A DNA stretch of 12,313 bases from Thermovirgaceae bacterium (GTDB lineage: Bacteria > Synergistota > Synergistia > Synergistales > Thermovirgaceae): positions 1 through 12,313 of the forward strand of contig JBKHBH010000062.1 of the NCBI GenBank assembly GCA_046542505.1, read 5' to 3'. The notes under the pieces were generated by a model. The model saw only the letters and a program-made list of their open reading frames with translations. It did not search any database and had not been told where the DNA came from. The position numbers and the translations under genes are program-made. Shown here piece after piece: positions 1 to 6,382 of this stretch (position 1 is the stretch's first letter; every line of letters begins with the position of its first letter).

Positions 1-1
1 T

Positions 2-877
2 TCCATTTCGGGCAACAAGATCCGAAAACTCGAGTTCACCACCGCGGAAGCCCTCGCAAAAGGCGCCGACACGCTTATCACCTGCGGCGGGGCCCAGTCA
101 AACCACGCCCGCGCGACGGCGGCGGTAGCGGCCAGGCTCGGCCTGAAGTGCCACCTTGTTCTCGGAGGTCCTCCCGAACCCGTCCCGGACGGGAACCTCT
201 TTCTGGACATGCTTTTCGGGGCGACGGTCACCTTCGCTCCCGAAGCAGGCCTGCTCGAACTTGAGGAAGAAATGAAAAAAACCGCGGAAGCGTACCGCGA
301 AGAAGGAGGCTCCCCCTACATCGTTCCACTCGGGGCCTCGGACCCGATCGGTTCTCTCGGATACGTTGCGGCTGCATGGGAAATTGCCGCACAATCCGCC
401 GAAGACACCCTTGACTTCGACTGGATTGTTATTCCCGCCGGCTCCGCGGGGACGCTGGCCGGACTTGCGGCGGGCATAGCCATGGCCGACACGGGCAGCA
501 CCGTATGCGGTTTCAGCGTGAGCTTTCCGGAAGAGTGGCTTCTTGACAAGGTCGACCGGCTCTGCCAGGGACTCCGGGACAGCTATTTCCCGTCCCTGGA
601 TACCCGCAGCCTTCCCGTCCGTGTTTTTGACGGCTATGTCGGGGAAGGATACGGCAAGACGACACCGGAGGAACTCCGTTTTATCCGGGATGTCGCCTCC
701 CGGGAAAGCATCCTGCTTGATCCGGTATACACCGGGAAAGCCCTTCACGGACTCGCATCGGAAATCTGGAAGGGGACTTTCAAAAAAGGCGAAAAAATCC
801 TTTTTATCCACACCGGAGGAGTTTTCGGCCTCTTCCCCTACCGTGAGGCCTTTCGGGAAAATGTCTTCAGCCTTTAA
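2..877 (+). CDS. dcyD: D-cysteine desulfhydrase-family PLP enzyme (5'-truncated by the window edge)
   Basis: The frame is open from base 2: SISGNKIRKLEF (PLP-lysine motif GNKxRKLE)...TCGGAQSNHARATA, and continues into the listed 209..877 ORF with GSAGT, LLDPVYTGKA and HTGG. Thr in DPVYT and HTGG fits D-Cys desulfhydrase rather than ACC deaminase (DPVYE/HLGG). The ATG at 209 is internal. Confidence 0.85.
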   Translation, partial: SISGNKIRKLEFTTAEALAKGADTLITCGGAQSNHARATAAVAARLGLKCHLVLGGPPEPVPDGNLFLDMLFGATVTFAPEAGLLELEEEMKKTAEAYREEGGSPYIVPLGASDPIGSLGYVAAAWEIAAQSAEDTLDFDWIVIPAGSAGTLAGLAAGIAMADTGSTVCGFSVSFPEEWLLDKVDRLCQGLRDSYFPSLDTRSLPVRVFDGYVGEGYGKTTPEELRFIRDVASRESILLDPVYTGKALHGLASEIWKGTFKKGEKILFIHTGGVFGLFPYREAFRENVFSL

Positions 878-883
878 ATTTTA

Positions 884-931
884 AATGCAAAAAGGGGGGG
901 CGCCTCCAAGGGCGCCCCCCCTTTTTGCATT
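884..931. terminator. Bidirectional intrinsic terminator between convergent dcyD and encapsulin genes
   Basis: Perfect 21-bp inverted repeat AATGCAAAAAGGGGGGGCGCC (884-904) / GGCGCCCCCCCTTTTTGCATT (911-931) with a 6-nt loop. A5/T5 tracts give a U-tail on both strands. Confidence 0.9.
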
Positions 932-1733
932 ATTTGGTCACGAGAGGAACGACCGCAGCAGGCTCGATGATTCTGAAGGTAAAGGATTCGGCCATAAAGA
1001 GCCGGACCTTGTCCTCCAGGGTGGATTCGTAGCCGATGCAGAAATCCTGTCCGAGAGTCAGCTCGAAATCTCCACCGCGGGCCGAAACGACGTAGGCTCC
1101 CTCCACGTTCTGGGCAAAGACAACGCCGGACTCCACGAGGGAGGACAGGCGTTTTCTCAAGGGGTATCCTTCTGCCTTCACGTCCAGATCCTGCCAGAGC
1201 TCCGGTCCCGCCAGAAGCATGTAGGGTCCCTCGATGGAAGCATCCATCAGTTTGACAAGGGCTTTTGACACGGACTGCATGATTTCGCCGCCGCTTCCCA
1301 TGGCAAGAGGCACGGCGTTTTCCTTGCCCGCCTGCGCAAGCCCCGTGATATTGGCCGGGGCAAACCCCTCGTATATGGCCTTTTCCTCGAAGAGGGCCAG
1401 TTTCTCGGCGGCCTTCACGACGGGGTCAAGTTCGATGTCTTTCGCCCCCCGTATCGCGTTGTCCAGCTCCCACACGTCAAGCTCGAAAGACACGCGGCTC
1501 TCCACGAGAGGCTGAACGACGTGCACGCCCCAGCAGACATCCCCCTTGCCGCAGGATTTCGACACATCAAGGCGCCCGGTGACCACTGCACCGTGACCCC
1601 AGCCATGAGGCCCCGACATGTCGACAAAGCGCCTTCCGGAGAGCTTTTCTTTCAAAACGTCCCGCGCCTGGTCGTCTATTGCTTCCCATGCCTCGTCCGT
1701 AATGGGCGAAATCGATCTTTTTAACATATCCAT
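930..1733 (-). CDS. Family 1 encapsulin shell protein (Linocin_M18 / HK97 fold), 267 aa
   Basis: MDMLKRSISPITDEAWEAID...GRRFVDMSGPHGW...FELDVWELDN...IEGPY...RGGDFELTLGQDFCIGY...VRLFMAESFTF follows Thermotoga maritima encapsulin along its length. RBS AAAGGAGG upstream of the ATG at 1733. Confidence 0.96.
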   Translation of the reverse strand: MDMLKRSISPITDEAWEAIDDQARDVLKEKLSGRRFVDMSGPHGWGHGAVVTGRLDVSKSCGKGDVCWGVHVVQPLVESRVSFELDVWELDNAIRGAKDIELDPVVKAAEKLALFEEKAIYEGFAPANITGLAQAGKENAVPLAMGSGGEIMQSVSKALVKLMDASIEGPYMLLAGPELWQDLDVKAEGYPLRKRLSSLVESGVVFAQNVEGAYVVSARGGDFELTLGQDFCIGYESTLEDKVRLFMAESFTFRIIEPAAVVPLVTK

Positions 1734-1774
1734 GGCTCTTCCTCCTTTCGTGTTATCACCGAAAACCCTGAAGA

Positions 1775-2137
1775 CTACTTCTTTTTCAGGCTTCCGATTC
1801 CAAGGTTGCCACCGCTTTCGGGCGATTCAGTTTCTTCGCCGCCCGCGGCCCCTTCCTCGACCTGAGTAACGGGGGCTTCTGTGAACAGGTAGGTCCGAAG
1901 CTCCTCGTCAAAGGCGGAAATCTTCCTCCTGAGCCACTCCAGCATCATTGCGGCGTGTTCGATCTCCTCATCCCTGTTGTGGATCAGGATTTCACGGATG
2001 TCATCGTCTTTCGTCGCAGCCGCTCTCTGGTGATACCAGTCGACGGCCTCGATCTCTTCTCTGAGGCTGTGCAGCGCCCTTACGATATCCCTGTCTTCGG
2101 CGCTCAGTTCCTCGACGGGTTCATGATAATCAGACAT
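1775..2137 (-). CDS. Encapsulated ferritin (EncFtn/Flp) cargo protein, 120 aa, with C-terminal targeting peptide
   Basis: The true start is the ATG at 2137 (RBS AAAGGAGG at 2146-2153), not 2467. Motifs LREEIEAVDWY and HNRDEEIEH give the EncFtn ferroxidase centre (E28, Y35, E58, H61). An acidic/Gly linker is followed by the cargo-loading peptide GNLGIGSLKKK. It lies directly upstream of encapsulin. Confidence 0.95.
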   Translation of the reverse strand: MSDYHEPVEELSAEDRDIVRALHSLREEIEAVDWYHQRAAATKDDDIREILIHNRDEEIEHAAMMLEWLRRKISAFDEELRTYLFTEAPVTQVEEGAAGGEETESPESGGNLGIGSLKKK

Positions 2138-2187
2138 GCAATGTTCCTCCTTTCTCGGTTTTCTTTCATCAGGCGTCCCAAAAGGCG

Positions 2188-2210
2188 CCATATGATTTTC
2201 ATTATTATAT
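2188..2210 (-). promoter_or_regulatory. -10 box (TATAAT) of the encFtn-encapsulin operon overlapped by a Fur/PerR-like box
   Basis: Minus strand TATAAT at 2209-2204. AATAATGAAAATCATATGG matches 13/19 of the Fur box; ATATAATAATGAAAA matches 11/14 of the PerR box. No good -35. Confidence 0.5.
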
Positions 2211-2314
2211 CGCACCTCCCCGGTTTCGCCGAAATGATAACACTCGCAAGGTAACAGGTTACAGATCAAGGTATATGTGCTAATATGGCATCCAAAATTT
2301 TGGGAGGTCTCCTT

Positions 2315-3418
2315 ATGACGTGGAAGGACAGAATGCCGCCACCAGTTCGAGACACCTTCTTCAAAGAATATGCGACAGCCGGGGAAGATCGCCCCGTCGC
2401 CGTAGACTGCGCACTGGGGACAAACCCCGTCGGATCCCCTGAAGGAGTCATGAAACGACTTGGGCAAAACCTCGAGGGCGCAGCCCGAATTTCCTCCTAC
2501 CCGTCAGGGGATGGCATTTTCCGGAAAACCCTGAGCGCTGCATGGGGCGGTGCTTTCGCGCCTGAGGAAGTGGTCCTGGGAACAGGTTCCATCGGTCTTT
2601 TAATCAGCCTGGCCCGGACTTTTTGCGGTCCCGGTACAACAGTTGCAGGACTGAGGCCTCAGTTCCCCGACGGACCCCTGCATTTCAGACTTGCAGGCGC
2701 CTCCTATACAAGCGTCCAACTGAAAAGCCCGGATTTCACGATCTCCCTGGACAGGCTGGCATCGGAACTTACCGGCGAGGAGAGCCTTGTCTACATTGAC
2801 AGACCGCACAATCCTACGGGACAGGCCGTCCCCCTTGAAGACGTCGGAGCCCTCGCTGATGCTTGCTCCCAAAAGGGGACGCTTCTCGTGGTCGATGAGG
2901 CATACGGAGATTTCCTGCCTCAAAAAGAGTCATCCATCATGCTCGCAAAGACGAACATTATCACCCTCAGGTCCTTCGCCAAGGGTTGGGGCCTTGCCGG
3001 GCTCCGTGCAGGATACGCCGTGGTCCGGAACCCCGAGGCGCGGCAATTCATTGCAAAGGTGGCTCCACCCTTTTCCGTTAACACCATCGCCGCCGAACTC
3101 GCCATGGTGGCTTTGGAAGACAACCCCTTCCTGGTCAGGGCACGAGAAACCGTCACCCAGATAAAGGGAACCGTTCTCGAACTGGTCGAGGCGACTTTCG
3201 GCGTGCGTGCCTCGAATACTCATCCGGCCGTCCCGATTCTTTTGCTCACCCACAGTGACCCGGCGGTCGACCTGTATGAAGTGCTGATGACCCAGGGCAT
3301 CCGGACGGAATCCGGAACATGTTTCGAAGGTCTGGACGGTTCAAGCGTTCGACTCCGCGTCCCTGCCCCCGAAGACCTCCAGCTTTTTGCCAGGCTCTGG
3401 AACAGGGCATTGCAATAA
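2315..3418 (+). CDS. PLP-dependent class I/II aminotransferase, HisC/CobD-like, ~367 aa
   Basis: Motifs PHNPTG, VVDEAYGDF and LRSFAKGWGLAGLRAGY (PLP lysine). Start placed at ATG 2315 because GGAGG lies at 2303-2307; ATG 2285 has no RBS. Substrate cannot be assigned. Confidence 0.85.
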   Translation: MTWKDRMPPPVRDTFFKEYATAGEDRPVAVDCALGTNPVGSPEGVMKRLGQNLEGAARISSYPSGDGIFRKTLSAAWGGAFAPEEVVLGTGSIGLLISLARTFCGPGTTVAGLRPQFPDGPLHFRLAGASYTSVQLKSPDFTISLDRLASELTGEESLVYIDRPHNPTGQAVPLEDVGALADACSQKGTLLVVDEAYGDFLPQKESSIMLAKTNIITLRSFAKGWGLAGLRAGYAVVRNPEARQFIAKVAPPFSVNTIAAELAMVALEDNPFLVRARETVTQIKGTVLELVEATFGVRASNTHPAVPILLLTHSDPAVDLYEVLMTQGIRTESGTCFEGLDGSSVRLRVPAPEDLQLFARLWNRALQ

Positions 3419-3456
3419 ACCGGGACGACTAGGCATAGCGGGCGGCGGGCTTCCTC

Positions 3457-3485
3457 TTGACAAGAGCTGGCCGCCGTACTAGACT
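3457..3485 (+). promoter_or_regulatory. Sigma70-type promoter for the leader-transporter-racemase operon
   Basis: TTGACA (3457-3462), exactly 17 nt, then TAGACT (3480-3485). The predicted TSS near 3492 gives a ~265-nt leader before the transporter. Confidence 0.7.
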
Positions 3486-3543
3486 TCCCGACAATAGAGT
3501 TCGATATTTTTATTATGTATGTTTTATGAAGGAGGGGGCACCT

Positions 3544-3621
3544 GTGCGGCGCAAAGGCTTTTTCCGCGAGTTTGCTTACGCCTTGATTATTTATTTTCCT
3601 TCGGGGTCCCCTTCCTGGTAA
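3544..3621 (+). CDS. Putative attenuator leader peptide, 25 aa: MRRKGFFREFAYALIIYFPSGSPSW
   Basis: RBS AAGGAGG at 3529-3535, 8-nt spacer, GTG 3544, TAA 3619-3621. Contains 4 Phe, 2 Tyr, 1 Trp, 1 Leu and 2 Ile. Its last codons form the 5' arm of a hairpin preceding a terminator. Confidence 0.65.
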   Translation: MRRKGFFREFAYALIIYFPSGSPSW

Positions 3622-3690
3622 CGGCAGGCTTGCCATCCTGCAACCGGGAAGAAGCCGGGGCCCTTCCTGACGGGTTCCGGTTTTTCTTTT
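3611..3690 (+). terminator. Attenuator: alternative hairpins plus an intrinsic terminator inside the 5' leader
   Basis: Hairpin 3611-3619:3643-3651 with inner stem 3624-3628:3637-3641. Terminator stem 3650-3663:3672-3685 has G-U pairs valid only on the + transcript and ends in UUUUUCUUUU (3681-3690), 67 nt before the transporter ATG. Confidence 0.7.
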
Positions 3691-3757
3691 ATCTGATGTT
3701 TTTGGACAAATTCTCCGTGAGGAAAGCCTCCGGAGCAAAGAAGGGTGTGACAAGAAG

Positions 3758-4906
3758 ATGAGCGAAGCACAAGAGAAGAAAAGAGGCTTTTTCACATGGT
3801 TTATGGCTTCCGACAGCTACAAGAAATTCATCCTTCCGGGCCTTATTTCCCAGTCCGTCATTATCGCCGGCGGTTACGGCACGGGCCGTGAACTCGTCGA
3901 ATACTTCGTCAACTACGGGACCCTCGGTGGCCTGCTTGGGATGCTCCTCGTCACGACCACCCTGTGGGCTCTGGTTTTCGCCGTCAGCTACGAGTTCGCC
4001 AGAACCTTCCAGGTATACGACTACCGCAGCTTTTTCAAGGAGCTCCTCGGACCGGGCTGGGTACTCTACGAGATCTGCTACATCGTCCTTCTTCTGATCG
4101 TTCTCGGTGTCGTCGGGGCGACGTCAGGCAGCATCTTCATGCAGTCCTTTGGACTTCCTCCCATGGTCGGGGCAGGCCTTTTCCTCGTCGGCATCGCCGC
4201 CTTGACATACTGGGGCAGCTTCGCCATCGAAATTGTCATGTCATGGTGGAGCTACGTCCTGTACGCCGTTTTCCTTGCCTTCCTCATCGTCGGTATCTCG
4301 AAGGTCGGCGGGGAGATCTCTGCCAACCTCGGAAGCGGTGAAATCAAGGAAGGATGGGCCCTGGGCGGCTTCAAGTACGCCTTTTACAACCTGGGGACCT
4401 TCCCGGCCATCCTTTTCGCCCTGAACTATATCAAAAACCGAAAGGAAGCCATTCTTTCTGGCGTCATGACTTCGTTGATCACCATTCTTCCGGGCTTTTT
4501 CCTGTACCTGGTGATCTTGGGCTACTACCCCGGAATCCTTTCCGAAGAGGTGCCCACCTACACGATTCTCGGAAAGATGGCGCCCTGGCTTTTGCCTGTT
4601 TACATGATCGTCCTTTTCGGTACCATGATTGAAACAGGCGCCGGGTTTATTCACGCCGTCAACGAGCGTATCAACTCCTGGTTGATAGACCGCAAAGGCA
4701 AGGGCCTGACCAGGGGAAACCGGGGCTTTTTGGGCGGTTTGATGGCCCTTATAGGCCTTGGCGTCGCCTCCTTCGGGCTTATCGGGCTTATCGCCAAGGG
4801 ATACGGCACCATCAGCTGGGGCTTTTTCATCCTCCACGGAGGCGCCCTGTTCACCATCGGACTGTACAAGATCAAGAAAAAGAACGCCGCCCGCACACAG
4901 GCGTAG
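3758..4906 (+). CDS. YkvI-like multi-pass membrane protein, probable amino-acid transporter (APC-like), 382 aa
   Basis: About 10 hydrophobic segments. The TM1 motif SVIIAGGYGTGRELVEYF resembles YkvI-family GxGFxTGxE. It is co-oriented with the PLP enzyme, 23 nt upstream of it. Confidence 0.8.
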   Translation: MSEAQEKKRGFFTWFMASDSYKKFILPGLISQSVIIAGGYGTGRELVEYFVNYGTLGGLLGMLLVTTTLWALVFAVSYEFARTFQVYDYRSFFKELLGPGWVLYEICYIVLLLIVLGVVGATSGSIFMQSFGLPPMVGAGLFLVGIAALTYWGSFAIEIVMSWWSYVLYAVFLAFLIVGISKVGGEISANLGSGEIKEGWALGGFKYAFYNLGTFPAILFALNYIKNRKEAILSGVMTSLITILPGFFLYLVILGYYPGILSEEVPTYTILGKMAPWLLPVYMIVLFGTMIETGAGFIHAVNERINSWLIDRKGKGLTRGNRGFLGGLMALIGLGVASFGLIGLIAKGYGTISWGFFILHGGALFTIGLYKIKKKNAARTQA

Positions 4907-4929
4907 TTCCATTCGGGAGGTCACGATAG

Positions 4930-6321
4930 ATGGACTGGAAGAAACTCGAAAAGCTGACAAAAAAAGACATCAGAAAAAGCTGCGGGATCATCGAGCGGGA
5001 TGAAAAAACGATCCCTGAGGCTGTGGCCATCAAGTATTTCCCCATGGCCGTGGAAAAAGCAAAAGGATCTCTCGTCTGGGACGCCGACGGCAACCGCTAC
5101 ATCGACTTTCTGACCAGCGCCGCCGTCTATAACGTCGGGCACGGTCACCCGGCCGTTGTGGAAGCCGTCAAGGCCCAAATTCAACAGTTGCAGAACTACA
5201 CCACCGTGTATTTTTACAACGACCGACCCGTGCAGCTCGCTGAAATGCTGACCGCTTCCACGCCCGGCAATTTCCCGAAAAAGGCGGCTTTCGGCTTCGG
5301 AGGCTCCGACGCCGTTGACTCGGCCATAAAGGCGGCACGTGCCTTCACGGGCAGAAAATGGATCCTCAGTTTCAAGGATTCCTATCACGGCATGACCTAC
5401 GGATCGCTCTCCGCCACGGGCATAATTGACGGGAAGACGAAGGAATGCCTCTGTCCCGACACCAGAATCGCCTTCGCGGAGTACCCCGACCCCTACAGGA
5501 ATTCCTGGGGCATCGACGGGTACACCGAACCCGAAAGACTGACAGCCGCCGCCATGGAAGCCGTAAAAAACGCGGTAGCGGGACTTGACGGAGGCCTTGC
5601 CGGGATCCTGATCGAACCCGTCCAGGGCGACGGCGGAATGATCTTCCCCCCAAAATCCTTCATGCAGCGCCTCGCCAACTTTGCAAGACAGTCGGGAGCC
5701 GTCTTTATTGATGAGGAAGTCCAGACGGGCATGGCCCGAAGCGGGAAAATGTGGGCCATCGAGCACTTTGATGTCGTCCCTGATCTCCTCGTTTCCGCCA
5801 AGGCGCTGGGTGGGGGAATGCCCATGTCCGCCCTGGTGGGGCGGGCCGACATTCTCGACAGCGTCCCGGTACCTTTTTTCGCCTACACCCACACCGGACA
5901 TAGCGTGAACTGCGCCGCTGCCGCCGCGGCACTGGAAACGGTTCAGCAAGAAAACCTCGCACAGCAGGCGGCGGAAAAAGGAGCAAGACTTGCCGAGTGG
6001 TTCCGGAAACAGGCGGAAACCTTTCCCTTCATCGGAGACGTGCGCCAGGAGGGCCTGCTTATCGGCGTGGACATCGTTTCGGACAAGAAGAAAAGAACCC
6101 CCGACAAGGCCATGGCCCTGAAAATTTCCTGGGCCGCCTGGGAGCGGGGGCTGATCCTGATAACCTTCGGCAAGCACGGAAACGTCCTCCGGGTGGCACC
6201 ACCCCTCAACATTCCCGAGGATCTTCTGGACGAAGCACTCGAGATAATGAATGCCTCCCTTGACGACGCGGCTTCGGGAAGGGTGTCTGAAGACATCCTG
6301 CCGCTTCTCAAGGGCTGGTAG
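4930..6321 (+). CDS. Class-III aminotransferase-fold PLP enzyme, probable broad-specificity amino-acid racemase / Ile 2-epimerase family, 463 aa
   Basis: Class-III motifs DGNRYIDF, SYHGMTYG, DEEVQTG and SAKALGGG (K291). EPVQGDGG has Asp (D234) where GABA aminotransferases have Glu. IDFLTSAAV, GSDAVDS, DPYRNSWGIDGY and the C-terminal Trp recall Pyrococcus PH0138-type racemase and Lactobacillus Ile 2-epimerase (from memory, not aligned). RBS GGAGG at 4916-4920. The fold is secure; racemase activity is inferred. Confidence 0.8.
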   Translation: MDWKKLEKLTKKDIRKSCGIIERDEKTIPEAVAIKYFPMAVEKAKGSLVWDADGNRYIDFLTSAAVYNVGHGHPAVVEAVKAQIQQLQNYTTVYFYNDRPVQLAEMLTASTPGNFPKKAAFGFGGSDAVDSAIKAARAFTGRKWILSFKDSYHGMTYGSLSATGIIDGKTKECLCPDTRIAFAEYPDPYRNSWGIDGYTEPERLTAAAMEAVKNAVAGLDGGLAGILIEPVQGDGGMIFPPKSFMQRLANFARQSGAVFIDEEVQTGMARSGKMWAIEHFDVVPDLLVSAKALGGGMPMSALVGRADILDSVPVPFFAYTHTGHSVNCAAAAAALETVQQENLAQQAAEKGARLAEWFRKQAETFPFIGDVRQEGLLIGVDIVSDKKKRTPDKAMALKISWAAWERGLILITFGKHGNVLRVAPPLNIPEDLLDEALEIMNASLDDAASGRVSEDILPLLKGW

Positions 6322-6349
6322 CACCACCTCCACTCCTCTCTCTGCTTTA

Positions 6350-6378
6350 GGGGCCCCGGTCCACCTCCCCGGGGCCCC
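6350..6378. terminator. GC-rich hairpin between convergent genes (possible terminator or 3' stabiliser)
   Basis: Perfect 10-bp inverted repeat GGGGCCCCGG (6350-6359) / CCGGGGCCCC (6369-6378) with a 9-nt loop; weak U-tails. Confidence 0.55.
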
Positions 6379-6382
6379 ACCT

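Noticed and set aside
2..877. ACC deaminase assignment
   Set aside because: Lacks the diagnostic Glu/Leu (DPVYEG, HLGG) and has Thr at both positions.
930..1733. Bacteriocin or prophage capsid interpretation
   Set aside because: The upstream cargo gene carries a targeting peptide and no phage genes lie nearby.
2..2137. Functional link between H2S from D-Cys desulfhydrase and encapsulin iron storage
   Set aside because: The genes are convergent and separated by a strong terminator, and DcyD has no C-terminal targeting peptide. Adjacency is the only evidence.
2138..2467. 110-aa Cys-rich N-terminal extension of EncFtn (CPQC, CECY)
   Set aside because: It overlaps the divergent gene and promoter region, and a strong RBS marks ATG 2137 as the start, so this is not a real metal-binding fusion.
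3526..3543. In-frame ATG 3526 extending the leader peptide (MKEGAP...)
   Set aside because: No Shine-Dalgarno upstream; GTG 3544 has ideal spacing. Not fully excluded.
3536..3690. Known riboswitch or T-box in the leader (GCGCAAAG recalls c-di-GMP-I)
   Set aside because: No GGCAAACC/GAAA P2 architecture and no T-box GGTGGNACC motif seen by eye. An Rfam scan is needed to be certain.
3713..3735. Hairpin CTCCG-T-GAGG-AAAG-CCTC-CGGAG before the transporter RBS
   Set aside because: The stem is real, but it neither covers the RBS nor has a U-tail, so no function can be supported.
3519..3761. 80-aa ORF spanning the leader
   Set aside because: It has no RBS and runs through the terminator. The AAGGAGG instead serves GTG 3544 in another frame.
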